Both the position numbers and the translations under genes were made by a program. A stretch of DNA of 64,000 nucleotides from a virus: IMG/VR virus record IMGVR_UViG_3300008110_000009; one strand, 5' to 3'. Positions 1-10,189 of the stretch are shown here, piece after piece. The notes beneath the pieces were generated by a model. That model saw nothing but the letters and a program-made list of their open reading frames with translations. It was not told where the DNA came from and did no database searches. Each line of letters starts with the position of its first letter. Position 1 is the first letter of the stretch.

Positions 1-3000
1 TCTAGCATCGACAACGGTTCCATTTATGTCTGTTCCTAATTGTTTAACTGGTATCGTGTCACCAGGTCTAATACATTGATGTAAGAATGTTAATCTAGCG
101 TTTAGTCCTTCTGGTGTCATTGAATGGAAAGCTGGATGAAAATATCTCAACTTTTCTTTTAGACTACCAAATACAACAGGATCTGTTTCTTCTAATTTCT
201 TAAAATAGAAACATTCAGAAAGAGCCTTCATTATAAGTTTCTTTACAACATCTAATGGTGGTTTTCTTTTTTTAGTTGTTGTAATTTCTGAAATATCTGT
301 TTTGCCTGGGGTTATTGTTGTTTCTCCGGGGATAAATCTAGTTTTCTTTTCTGGTTCTGTTTTATTAACTTGTTCATAAGTTATTTTAACACTCGCAGAT
401 CTACAATAAAAAGTAATTGGAGCGTATTTTTTTAAACCAGTTTTATTTTTAATTTCTTTACCAGTGCAATCATATGTTTCTGGTCCACTTGCTGTTGCTT
501 TTTCACCCTTGTTAACAAAGTCAACAACCATTGATCCTTCAATATCCTCACCATATCCTAACTTTTTAAGATCAATTGTTACCGTTTGATTGGTCTGTGC
601 TGGATTAGCATTTAATTCATCAATTGTTTTATCCCATTTATATTCAGGTATTGTATTTGAATCTTTTGAAATCGACTTTAATACATATTTTATCAAACTA
701 TCAGATCTTCTATGTGAAAGTTTAATATTGTATGAATCATCCGCAACAAATGATGTTGATGACTCAATAGTTAGTTTTATTTGTTTTATATTTTTCTTTT
801 CTAATTCTGATTTAAGTGTTGCTGTTGCCCCACTTATTATACCAAAATTTGTTTGTAGTTGTGTAAAAGCTGTATCAATTAAACCCTTTTTCTCATTTAT
901 TAATGTTTGAATTGAAATCGTACCTCCACTTGTTGGATCTTCTGTTCCAAATATTACAAATCTATCTGCTTTGTTATCTTTTGTATCAACGGTTAAAATA
1001 GTATTAAGACCACTAGCTAATTGATTTTTAAAATTTTCTTTATCTTTAATATAATCACTATATACTGAATCATATGATTGACTTTTAGCATCAATGTATA
1101 TGTTGCTTTTAGGGCCTGGAATATCATTTGGAAAATAAATTATATTATCAGCTAATACTTGGCCAAGGGTATTTCTACCATCCGCAGCTGGACTTTCAAT
1201 AGGTTCTTCTCTTCCTGGTTTTACAGTCACTTCACCAGCAACGCTATTAAATTCAAGTGATGTTGTTGTGTCTTCTCTTCTAAAATTTTCATCTTTTCTA
1301 TAATACTCAAGATAAGACATAATCAATTGAAGATCGGATGGATCTAATGTAATATATTTTCTAACTAAAGTATAAAAATCAACATCATAACATCCAGCAA
1401 AGAATGAATTTAAAAAGTTCTCAGCTTCTTCATCAGAAATTTCTTTAATTAATAAATTAAGAATACTCGGGTGGTCAACAACAACTTTAAAAGATATTGT
1501 ACCTGTTCTTTCTGTATTCTGATATGTGTATATCGGTTCTGGTCTACCTAGAAAATTATTTTTATCCCAGTTAGCTGTATTAGTTTCGTTTACCTTTAAA
1601 TCATATGGAGGAAACCACATAACACGGCCACCAGTAGCACCTCTTTCACATATAGGTAAATCATTAACAGTATATCCAAATTTGTTTGAAGTTTTCCATG
1701 CTAAATTCTCAATAGAAAACATATATTTTTTAGCTTTACCCTCTATACCGTCTATGTTAGTAGACCCAACAAAAGATCTATTACCATTTGACATGGGGGC
1801 TATATTTAAATTCCATGGTGTACTCATAACACTGTCTTCGATTTTTCTAATCGTTCCAGTTTTTTTCATGGTATCTGTATAGTTCATATAAGCCCTATCC
1901 TTTGTCCAAACTCTACAATATTCTGTACCATCTTGTACCCCCGTTGCTTTATCAACATATGCAATTGCTGAACCTCTTGATATAAATTTTGTACCCTCTT
2001 TAAAAACTCTTGAAGTTTGATCAATAACATTTGCAACATGTGATCTTGATTCACCACCATTCTTTGGTAATGAATTTAATAATTGTTGTGTTTTACCAAG
2101 TATTGAATCGTCTCTAAATTCCTGCTTTGTTGATAAGCTATCCTCAAGGATACCTCTCTCTGAAGAATATTCCGTATTGTTGGCACCTAATCTATTTTTT
2201 GAATTAATACTAAACCATGTTAATTTTCCCGGAATTGAACCTCTTTCTGAAATATTTTTCTCATTAGAAAATAACTCTGCAGCTTTTGAATCAAATTTAT
2301 ATGAAAGATAGTATGGGCTTAATACTTTATTTTGATTAAAATCTTCTAAAACATTTTTAATATCATCTCCTCTATCATCTCCGATATATGCTTTACCTTC
2401 TGGAGCTTCTCTACCTAATACTTTATTTATACCAGTAGCAACACTATCAACAAAATTGAATAGTTTACTTGTATTTTGTGATCTAGCTCTGGTTGTATAA
2501 TTTGGTGCATAAGTTGAAAAAGATAAATTATCAAATAAAACATCTTTTTGACCATCACTCAAATATTCAATCATTAAGTCTGATGGTTTTCTACTTGCCG
2601 CCGGTCTTCTTTGTATTCCTAATAATGAACCTAATACACCTGTAGCATCTTGAAATATTTTTCCTAATTCAGTTTTAGGTACTGGTCTGTTTACAACAGG
2701 GTTTGCTGGATTTGTTAAATAATCACCAGGTATTTCTGACCATGGAAATTCTATACCAGAAACTGTTTGTAAAAAATCTATTGCTTTGCCAGGTATAGTT
2801 TTTGCAACAGTAATCTTATAATTTTTTTCAATTAATCTTTCTCTACCTCTTATAATATTAATTGCAGATGAAAGATTACCATTAACGGCGTCTAATATTC
2901 TTGCTCTACCTTCTGTAGCTGTTTTTAAATTTTGCCTAATTCTAGATTGAACTGGACCGTCTGGTGATTCGGTTAAATGATAGTTGGCAAATTTTGCTAA

Positions 3001-3381
3001 TGTCGATTCAAATTCGTAATTACCAGAATTTAAAGCCCCAATAAGACTTCTACCTAATATACCGTCAGCTATTGGAAAATATGGATACAACCCTATATTA
3101 CCTGCTGGGTCAATTAAAATTCTTGTATTTTCTAAAACCTCATATTGACTATTTTCAGGTCCAAATCTATTACTACCATCTGTTGAAACTAATTGAGCAG
3201 CTCTAGATGTATCATCGTTTAATGTTACATCCCCTAAATCCCTATTGGCAATATTTCTGGTAGTTTGAATAGAGTAGTTAGATGTGTTAAAAGTTTGTGG
3301 ACCATTTGGCTTTTGTAGGGTCTTAGCTAATAACTCATCTCTAAGTTTTTTTGTAGAATTAAAATCTAAATAACTTGGCAT
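1..3381 (-). CDS. Large baseplate/tail-associated structural protein (partial, runs off left edge; absent from ORF track)
   Basis: ATG at 3381 (MPSYLDFNSTKKLRDELLAKTL...). The same frame reads ...LRYFHPAFHSMTPEGLNARLTFLHQCIRPGDTIP... at the window edge; only the two ends were translated by hand. Lies directly downstream of the tape measure gene, with the TATTTAT motif upstream. Confidence 0.7.
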   Translation of the reverse strand, partial: MPSYLDFNSTKKLRDELLAKTLQKPNGPQTFNTSNYSIQTTRNIANRDLGDVTLNDDTSRAAQLVSTDGSNRFGPENSQYEVLENTRILIDPAGNIGLYPYFPIADGILGRSLIGALNSGNYEFESTLAKFANYHLTESPDGPVQSRIRQNLKTATEGRARILDAVNGNLSSAINIIRGRERLIEKNYKITVAKTIPGKAIDFLQTVSGIEFPWSEIPGDYLTNPANPVVNRPVPKTELGKIFQDATGVLGSLLGIQRRPAASRKPSDLMIEYLSDGQKDVLFDNLSFSTYAPNYTTRARSQNTSKLFNFVDSVATGINKVLGREAPEGKAYIGDDRGDDIKNVLEDFNQNKVLSPYYLSYKFDSKAAELFSNEKNISERGSIPGKLTWFSINSKNRLGANNTEYSSERGILEDSLSTKQEFRDDSILGKTQQLLNSLPKNGGESRSHVANVIDQTSRVFKEGTKFISRGSAIAYVDKATGVQDGTEYCRVWTKDRAYMNYTDTMKKTGTIRKIEDSVMSTPWNLNIAPMSNGNRSFVGSTNIDGIEGKAKKYMFSIENLAWKTSNKFGYTVNDLPICERGATGGRVMWFPPYDLKVNETNTANWDKNNFLGRPEPIYTYQNTERTGTISFKVVVDHPSILNLLIKEISDEEAENFLNSFFAGCYDVDFYTLVRKYITLDPSDLQLIMSYLEYYRKDENFRREDTTTSLEFNSVAGEVTVKPGREEPIESPAADGRNTLGQVLADNIIYFPNDIPGPKSNIYIDAKSQSYDSVYSDYIKDKENFKNQLASGLNTILTVDTKDNKADRFVIFGTEDPTSGGTISIQTLINEKKGLIDTAFTQLQTNFGIISGATATLKSELEKKNIKQIKLTIESSTSFVADDSYNIKLSHRRSDSLIKYVLKSISKDSNTIPEYKWDKTIDELNANPAQTNQTVTIDLKKLGYGEDIEGSMVVDFVNKGEKATASGPETYDCTGKEIKNKTGLKKYAPITFYCRSASVKITYEQVNKTEPEKKTRFIPGETTITPGKTDISEITTTKKRKPPLDVVKKLIMKALSECFYFKKLEETDPVVFGSLKEKLRYFHPAFHSMTPEGLNARLTFLHQCIRPGDTIPVKQLGTDINGTVVDAR

Positions 3382-3420
3382 CTATTCTTTTATCTAATAA
3401 ATAGATAATTTATTATTTTA

Positions 3421-5376
3421 CTATGCGTATGTTTTGGTGCTTTTAACAATATTAGAAACAAATTCAGCCCTCATTTGTGGATTTTTAGATAGTTCATCAA
3501 CCACAATACCCGCTAATTGTGTGCTATTACTGTTTATATCCACTTTAATATCTACAGAGCCTGTAAAACCTTTTAATCCCTCATAAGCATCTTTACCCTT
3601 CTCTATACCTCTTTCAATTAATTCTTTTGCTTTTTCTAGGACCTCAGTTGCTTTTTCTTGAATATTCAAATCTTTAGTTATGTCACTTAGTTTTGTTTCT
3701 AAATACTTAATTGTCTCTTGTACCTCTTTTGGCATTCCCCCTTTTACTTTATCGATTATTTTGTCTAAAGCTTCGCCAGCGGCTCCTGTAGCCTCGCCAT
3801 ATACTTGTTTCATTGTTTGTGCACTGTTATTTTGAGTAGGGTTAATTTTTTCAGTAAAATCAACTGCCTTCTTCATTAAATTAGCGGCAGCATCTCCAGC
3901 TGGTCCACTTCTAACATCTTCCATTAATCTTAGATAAATGGCTGTCGCTACATTTAGTATTTTGGTTGTTTCGTTAAATTGATTTCTAGCAATATCTATT
4001 GGTTTTTCGTCTGCTGCTTTTTTCTGTAAATCCTGTAATTCTGCTAATTGTTTATCTGTTAAATCACTTAAACTAACAAAACCATCTTTAACATTGGTTA
4101 ACCCCATTTGTTGAACCATATTTTTAGGTATATCAAAACCAACTTTTCCATCTTTTATTGTTGCAATATTTGAAACAAATTCTCTTTGATCATCTGTTAA
4201 TGATGGGAACATATTCAACTCGCTCATTGCTTCAAATTTAGCAGCACCTTTAACCGCCATATTTGTCAATTCACCCATTGAAATACCTAAAGCATCAGAC
4301 ATTGCTTTTGCTCTTCTTAAATTGGCGCCACTTACTTCAAATCTTCCTTGTTCTGCATTGTATGTTGCTAAACTTCTTGCTGCCCCAATAATGCTTGTTT
4401 GTAACGATTCAACATTATTTGTTGCGTCGTACATTAATTTAATTGGGTCTGCTAAATCACCGACAGCACCACCAACAACTTGCAAATTAGCAGCTAAATT
4501 TATTGCACTTTCTGGATCATATAATTTATCAGCAACAGTAAAAATACTTTCCATATTTATTTTTAAAGCTTGAGCCTCTTGAACCATTTTACCTAAACCA
4601 GCTATTCCGTTTTGGAATCCAAATGCATTTAATTTACCAAGTTGACTTATTAAAGTTTCTGATGTGGCTTTTGCACTAAGGCCTAGTTTTATTGATCTTA
4701 AACCAATTTGTTCAATAGATTTTGCCGCCCCATCAAGACCAATTCCAACATTTCTAAAATTTTCAGCATTCTCTAATAATGTTTTTGAATTTTTTGTAAA
4801 CGCTAATGATGCAACCATCCCATTTGATATGGTTTTATCACTGTAGGCCGCCATCCTTTCAGAATTAACCATTAAAGACTCAACGGCGCTTACTGTTTCA
4901 TTTGTTGTAACACCAAATCGTTGAGCTTCAATCATAGCAAATCTGGTTGAATCCATCATTTCGGTAGCTATTCTACCAACATACCCACCAGATCCCCTTG
5001 TCTTTTCTAATAATTCAACATTTAATTTAGCAATATCACCTAGCAAGGCTTCACTTGTTGCAAGTCCAGCATCGAACATCCCAGATAATAACTCTAAAGG
5101 ATTAAATGTTGCCATTCCCTTTACGGTATCAATTATTTTTTTACCTGTTTCTGTATTAATCCTAGCTAAAGTCTGTGCTTGTTGATCTATAAAAGCAGCA
5201 CCTAGTGCACTTGCAATAGTATTACCACCGCTTGTGGTTTTTGATGTTGATTTAGAGGCTTTAGCTGCTGTATCAGCAATTGCACTAGCGTGTTTTTCTG
5301 ATGCTTTTTTTGCATCATCATCATCAATACCTAAACTTCTTAAAAAGTCGTAAAAATCTTTTTTTATGTCTGCCAT
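3421..5376 (-). CDS. Tape measure protein (putative)
   Basis: 651 aa, Ala/Gly/Leu-rich and helical; follows sheath, tube and chaperone in the canonical order. Confidence 0.75.
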   Translation of the reverse strand: MADIKKDFYDFLRSLGIDDDDAKKASEKHASAIADTAAKASKSTSKTTSGGNTIASALGAAFIDQQAQTLARINTETGKKIIDTVKGMATFNPLELLSGMFDAGLATSEALLGDIAKLNVELLEKTRGSGGYVGRIATEMMDSTRFAMIEAQRFGVTTNETVSAVESLMVNSERMAAYSDKTISNGMVASLAFTKNSKTLLENAENFRNVGIGLDGAAKSIEQIGLRSIKLGLSAKATSETLISQLGKLNAFGFQNGIAGLGKMVQEAQALKINMESIFTVADKLYDPESAINLAANLQVVGGAVGDLADPIKLMYDATNNVESLQTSIIGAARSLATYNAEQGRFEVSGANLRRAKAMSDALGISMGELTNMAVKGAAKFEAMSELNMFPSLTDDQREFVSNIATIKDGKVGFDIPKNMVQQMGLTNVKDGFVSLSDLTDKQLAELQDLQKKAADEKPIDIARNQFNETTKILNVATAIYLRLMEDVRSGPAGDAAANLMKKAVDFTEKINPTQNNSAQTMKQVYGEATGAAGEALDKIIDKVKGGMPKEVQETIKYLETKLSDITKDLNIQEKATEVLEKAKELIERGIEKGKDAYEGLKGFTGSVDIKVDINSNSTQLAGIVVDELSKNPQMRAEFVSNIVKSTKTYA

Positions 5377-5406
5377 ATTACTAGTGCTATAATATTATAA
5401 ATAGTT

Positions 5407-5550
5407 TTATTCAGTTTTTTGTAATATAGCATTAATCATACTTGTTCTTTCGTGAATTGGTAGAATTAAGATATCTTGATAACTAAATCCTCTTGATACA
5501 AGAAATAGTATTGTTTCTATTTGACTTTTTTTATATTCCGTAGAAGGGAC
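5407..5550 (-). CDS. Tail chaperone C-terminal extension / gp51-like small ORF (probably reached by frameshift)
   Basis: Open +1 frame overlapping the end of 5531..6271: ...VPSTEYKKSQIETILFLVSRGFSYQDILILPIHERTSMINAILQKTE*. No ATG near its 5' end. Confidence 0.6.
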   Translation of the reverse strand, partial: VPSTEYKKSQIETILFLVSRGFSYQDILILPIHERTSMINAILQKTE

Positions 5551-6271
5551 GAAAAAATTCCACCCCAAAGTCAACCAAAACTGGGACCTTTTCTCCTGAC
5601 GGGGCGATTACATCTACTATTAAGTCTAAACCTGGTTTATTTTCTGATACAAATTTTTTAAATTCTAACGAATCTTTAATTGGTAGATTTTGAATAAATT
5701 GATAAATAGCCATTTGATCTCTTTGACCTTCTACCGATTTTATCATCATTTCCAATCTTTTTGTATTAACAGGAGCAACGTTTGTGCCACTTGATTCTTT
5801 AATTAATTGTAATTCTTTTTCTTGTGTATTTGATAAAAACTTAAAAGTTACATTCTTTTTGGATACTGGAAGACTAAAAGTATATTCACCGTTAGCATCT
5901 GGTGTCAATTTAAAGTCTTTTACCTTTAAAACAGATAAATCTATTACAGTTTCAAATTGCTTTTTTGTTGCTGGGTCTGTAATTGTTACTGTATACTCAG
6001 TTCCAAATGCGGTATTTCTTAAAAATATTAATATTGCTTGTCTATCTTCTTCTACAATCTCATCAAAAGAAACATCTTTATCTAAAATTTTTCTTTTTAA
6101 TAATTCATCCACAACTGTTTCGGATTGAATCAGGTTTGGTGACATTAAAATATTTTCATCTGATGCAGTTAAGTATGCAACTCTTAATGATTTTCTTCCG
6201 TTGGAATAATGTACACCTTGAGAAGGTAATTGAACAACATCATACGCAACCATTGGGTTAATATTTTCCAT
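5531..6271 (-). CDS. Baseplate hub / tail assembly chaperone (T4 gp26-like)
   Basis: N-terminal LPSQG...LTASDENIL motif and C-terminal 'FGVEFFRP'; lies between tube and tape measure genes. Confidence 0.7.
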   Translation of the reverse strand: MENINPMVAYDVVQLPSQGVHYSNGRKSLRVAYLTASDENILMSPNLIQSETVVDELLKRKILDKDVSFDEIVEEDRQAILIFLRNTAFGTEYTVTITDPATKKQFETVIDLSVLKVKDFKLTPDANGEYTFSLPVSKKNVTFKFLSNTQEKELQLIKESSGTNVAPVNTKRLEMMIKSVEGQRDQMAIYQFIQNLPIKDSLEFKKFVSENKPGLDLIVDVIAPSGEKVPVLVDFGVEFFRPFYGI

Positions 6272-6332
6272 AATAGTATTGAATTCTTTTCTTTTAATAT
6301 AACTATAAAATAATTAAAAATCAACAGTGTAA

Positions 6333-6348
6333 GGTTTCACGTGGAACA
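6333..6348. promoter_or_regulatory. parS-like centromere site
   Basis: GGTTTCACGTGGAACA, a 15/16 match to bacterial parS TGTTTCACGTGGAACA; intergenic. Confidence 0.7.
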
Positions 6349-6378
6349 CTTGTTACAAGTAATTGATAATCAGTTAAA

Positions 6379-6415
6379 TAAAAATCCCACATCCGTTTTT
6401 CACGAATATGGGATT
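6379..6415 (-). terminator. Probable intrinsic terminator after tail tube gene
   Basis: Imperfect stem AATCCCATA...TGTGGGATT followed by a T-run on the minus strand. Confidence 0.5.
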
Positions 6416-6436
6416 ATAAATAAAACTATTTGAATA

Positions 6437-6925
6437 TTAGTAAACTTGGATACATCTATCCATTCTTAGTTCAGCATCGATTGAAGCTAAAGCATCTTCT
6501 GAATAGCTAAGATCACCAAAATTTAAACTTGTTAAGAAACAGCCTTCTAAAATCCACTTCTCAACAACAACCCCTGTTGGATCTAACATTTCAAGTTCTA
6601 CGTTCTTTTTATATCCTGCAGCATAGCCCATTCTACCGGTTACGGATTCAGCATGAAGACGGAACCATTCCATCAATGCTTGGGATGCAGATGGACCAAT
6701 TGGATCTTTAAAAGTAACCTTAATTGGGTCCCAGGTAAATCTACCTGCTACATATGTTGAAGTATTTAAAAACGGAATTTCAGTTGAATTAATTTTAGCA
6801 CTAGGACGGGATGTAGATGTTACATACCACTCGTTGATACCCAAAGATGATGGAAATCTTAGGATAAACCTATTTTTACGTTTCGGCTCATATGGAACCG
6901 GCATTTTCATTAATAAATCTGCCAT
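6437..6925 (-). CDS. Tail tube protein (T4 gp19-like)
   Basis: EPKRKNRF...YVAGRFTW...DPIGPS...GYKKNVELEMLDPTG...W.LEGCF; directly after the sheath gene. Confidence 0.9.
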   Translation of the reverse strand: MADLLMKMPVPYEPKRKNRFILRFPSSLGINEWYVTSTSRPSAKINSTEIPFLNTSTYVAGRFTWDPIKVTFKDPIGPSASQALMEWFRLHAESVTGRMGYAAGYKKNVELEMLDPTGVVVEKWILEGCFLTSLNFGDLSYSEDALASIDAELRMDRCIQVY

Positions 6926-7039
6926 TGTGTTTGTGTTATATTGTTTTGTTTATTTCTTTCCTTATAAATATATCAATATTAGAAATAAATTTATTTTTCA
7001 AAATACTTGACTTTTTGGAAAAAAATCGTTAGCTTTTTG

Positions 7040-7170
7040 CTACTACGTTACTAAAATACTAATGTTCTAATATTACTATTTTACTTTATTCTAATATTTC
7101 TATGTTCTATTATTTCTAATGTACTGATTTTCAATGTACTAATATTCTTTAATTACTACTTTATACTAAT
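7040..7170. repeat. Degenerate short-period repeat tract (TACTAAT/TTCTAAT-like units)
   Basis: About 14 variants of (T/G)(A/T)CT(A)AT at 8-10 nt spacing; G-poor plus strand; non-coding. Confidence 0.6.
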
Positions 7171-7199
7171 AAAAAAGGGATGGTTAAAAACCACCCCTT
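7171..7199 (-). terminator. Intrinsic terminator after sheath gene
   Basis: Minus strand AAGGGGTGG-TTTTTAA-CCATCCC-TTTTTT. Confidence 0.75.
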
Positions 7200-7219
7200 G
7201 TTCAGTCAGATTCTGACTA

Positions 7220-10063
7220 TTAGATATTCTCAAAAGAAGCTCCTGTTGGTGTAATAATAAACTCAACATCAATAAATTCTAACGCTCTTGTAGGTTTGAT
7301 GTAAATCTTACCTCTCAATGTGTTAGCATCAATATCTTCTGGATCGTTTGATACGCTTACACGGAAATCATAAAGACCTCTTTCTTTCTTAATTGATTCA
7401 AGAATTGGGTTAACCAATCTTAAGAACTCTTGTCTAACTTGATCATCGTTTTGTTCAAACAATAATCTTACAGCTACTGCAGATATTAACTTTCTTGCTC
7501 TTAATAATAATCTTCTTACGTTGATTCTATCAAGTGCTGATTCTCTAACTTGTAACGTTTTGTTACCCCAGATAATAGTACCTGTATCAGAGAATGTTGC
7601 AATTGGGTTAATTCTAGCTTTGTAAAGTTCATCTCTTTCATCAAGAGTTAACTTCTTAGTTGCTTTGATTGAGTTAACAAGACCTCTTGAATAACCAGCG
7701 ACCGCAAACCATGGGTAAGATACATTATCAGTTAATGCAATATTCTTCAATACTTCACCTGTTGGCGGAATATAAAGTTGTGTAGCGTTATCTGTATCTC
7801 TTACTTGAATCCAAGGCCAGTAAGTTGCTGAGTAGTTAGAATCGAATCCTAAATCATCTAAAGCACCAATTACTTCGTCAGCACCTGTTGTACCACTAAA
7901 GTTAGGAGCGTTGATGATATAAAGCGAGTCTGCTCTATCATTCTCAATAATATCAACCGCCTGATTTACAAGTGAGCTATGGTCATTCCAGTTAATACCT
8001 GGTGTAGCAAAAATATTAATATCAACAGCTTCAGGATTTTTGAATGTTTCAATACCTTGTAAAAATGCATAGTAATCTGAGTTACCAACTAAACTATTGA
8101 ATACACCGCCATTAGTTGTGTGCCCACTTATGTAAGTTGTCTTTCCGAAAATGAAACCATCTCCGTTTGATCTAACATTTCTATAGATATCCCAACCATC
8201 AAATCCACCAAATACTGGTAATGTAAATTTACGGAAATTAACACCATCTAATTTACCTTTATCAGTACCTTCTAAATCGTATGAAGTTGTTTTAAATAAT
8301 TTTTCACCAGTAGTTCCTGTAATATTTGCTGCGTTAACAGACAAGTGGAAACCAAAAGACGAATCAGTTGCATCGGTACCTTTAAATTTGAACATATCTC
8401 TATCGAAAATGAAGTGTTCATCTGTAGATAAACCTAATGTAACCTTCTTAACCTTATCACCATTTGTTGTTACAGGGGTTCCGTCTATATTGTAGTATAG
8501 AACATCACCAGCATCGTAGTATTTTGTTTTAAAACGAATACCACCAACATTAGCTTTTGTTGTTACGCCCTTGAAACCAGCTGGGATTGCATCTGTTGGA
8601 GCATCATCTGCCATAACCAACATAATGTACTTAGATCTTAATTCATATTCACCATCAGAAGTACCGATCTTTCTACCAACATAACCTGGAAGATCTGGAT
8701 TCATAGTACATCTACTATATTTTTCTAATACAACTTGATTTGCATCAGTATCGTTGAAATCACGAACAAGAACATCAAATTCACCTGTGTCTAAATCAAT
8801 ATTTTGAACAGTTACTTTAACTTCGTAATTAGATGCATCACCATCAGATATTGTTAAGAAACTGAATAGGTCAAATACCTTACCGCCCCTAACTTCAGAA
8901 ACGATGGTTGAAGATCCAGCCATATCCCACTGGGTCATGAAGTTATCACCTTCAGTTGCGTTTACAACTGTTGTACTTAAACCTCTAATTAAACCTTGTT
9001 CAAAAAGATTTGAAACTAAGTTTGGATATGCTTCGTGTACATATAATGGATATTCAATTTTATCTTTATCAAATACATCAGCACCAATTACCTTTGTAAG
9101 GTATTTTGTGGAAGTTTGATCTAAAGAACAATTAAATGTTCTAACATCACTATCGATATCAGTTACTTGAATTGTAAAGTCAGCTAAAGGATTGGTTGAT
9201 AATCCAGAGCCACTAACACTAACAGTTGTGCCGGTTACTCTATGTGTTAATACGTTTTGAATATAGTTACCTCTAGATCTTAATAAGCAAACTTGCATAT
9301 CATGATAATCAGTATTCAAAGACGCGTTATACTTAAATCTTGTAACGGTAAATTCTGAAGTACCAGTTGAGTAAACAAAAAGGTATGAATATACACCATC
9401 AATTGTTGAATCAGTAGAACCTGTTTTAGTATAGTAAACGTTGTACCAATCTTTATTATTGTTTGAGCCGATTGGTGAAACCAACTCTGTTCCTGTAAGT
9501 CCGCTAGTAGCAGATTCTGGAACTTCCCCAATTGTAAACCACTCGTTGTGTGCATAAACACCACCAGAATTGGTTGCTGCTACCAAGTAGTTAGTTATTG
9601 AAGAACCTTCTGTTGAAGTTTTTCCTGATAATTCAGCATAGATTGTGCTGCCTGTTACACCTGTTGTTGTTGGTATTAATGAAATACCTGCTGTTGATCC
9701 GCTTAGTGAACCAAGAGTTACACCGCCTAGAGCTTTGATACCCCAAGTTCTGCCTGGTTTATATCCAGTAAGTCCTAATACACGGGTTACAAATAATTGG
9801 TTTGACTCTTGTAAATAAGATTTCGCAACATATGGAAGTTCATATTTTGGATTTCCAGCACCATCTTTTGCGGGGCTAGTACCACCAAAATAAGTTCTAA
9901 ATTCATCAAAATTTGAAATTAGAATTGGTTCAAATGCTGGACCTTTCAAAGTCTCACCAACCAGACCCAATGTTGTAACACCTACACTTTGAGCTACGAA
10001 TGTTAAATCTTTCTCTGATGTATACACACCTGGAGAAACGAATACTCTGTTTGAATTTGCCAT
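7220..10063 (-). CDS. Tail sheath protein (T4 gp18-like)
   Basis: SPGVYTSEKD N-terminus; YWPW, PWFAVAGYSRG, RINPI, IWGNKTL, RINVRRL and LFEQND sheath motifs. Confidence 0.95.
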   Translation of the reverse strand: MANSNRVFVSPGVYTSEKDLTFVAQSVGVTTLGLVGETLKGPAFEPILISNFDEFRTYFGGTSPAKDGAGNPKYELPYVAKSYLQESNQLFVTRVLGLTGYKPGRTWGIKALGGVTLGSLSGSTAGISLIPTTTGVTGSTIYAELSGKTSTEGSSITNYLVAATNSGGVYAHNEWFTIGEVPESATSGLTGTELVSPIGSNNNKDWYNVYYTKTGSTDSTIDGVYSYLFVYSTGTSEFTVTRFKYNASLNTDYHDMQVCLLRSRGNYIQNVLTHRVTGTTVSVSGSGLSTNPLADFTIQVTDIDSDVRTFNCSLDQTSTKYLTKVIGADVFDKDKIEYPLYVHEAYPNLVSNLFEQGLIRGLSTTVVNATEGDNFMTQWDMAGSSTIVSEVRGGKVFDLFSFLTISDGDASNYEVKVTVQNIDLDTGEFDVLVRDFNDTDANQVVLEKYSRCTMNPDLPGYVGRKIGTSDGEYELRSKYIMLVMADDAPTDAIPAGFKGVTTKANVGGIRFKTKYYDAGDVLYYNIDGTPVTTNGDKVKKVTLGLSTDEHFIFDRDMFKFKGTDATDSSFGFHLSVNAANITGTTGEKLFKTTSYDLEGTDKGKLDGVNFRKFTLPVFGGFDGWDIYRNVRSNGDGFIFGKTTYISGHTTNGGVFNSLVGNSDYYAFLQGIETFKNPEAVDINIFATPGINWNDHSSLVNQAVDIIENDRADSLYIINAPNFSGTTGADEVIGALDDLGFDSNYSATYWPWIQVRDTDNATQLYIPPTGEVLKNIALTDNVSYPWFAVAGYSRGLVNSIKATKKLTLDERDELYKARINPIATFSDTGTIIWGNKTLQVRESALDRINVRRLLLRARKLISAVAVRLLFEQNDDQVRQEFLRLVNPILESIKKERGLYDFRVSVSNDPEDIDANTLRGKIYIKPTRALEFIDVEFIITPTGASFENI

Positions 10064-10189
10064 TGATAAATGTTTGGTTAATTAATTTTATTCTTATCAA
10101 ATAAATATCTTTGTTTTCAGCAAAGATTTCTGGATTTTTTCGTATTTATATCCTAATTTATCTTTTTATATCGTTATTTATCTTTAACC

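Noticed and set aside
590-1882. Plus-strand ORFs 590..910 and 1526..1882
   Set aside because: Antisense shadows of the long minus-strand gene 1..3381.
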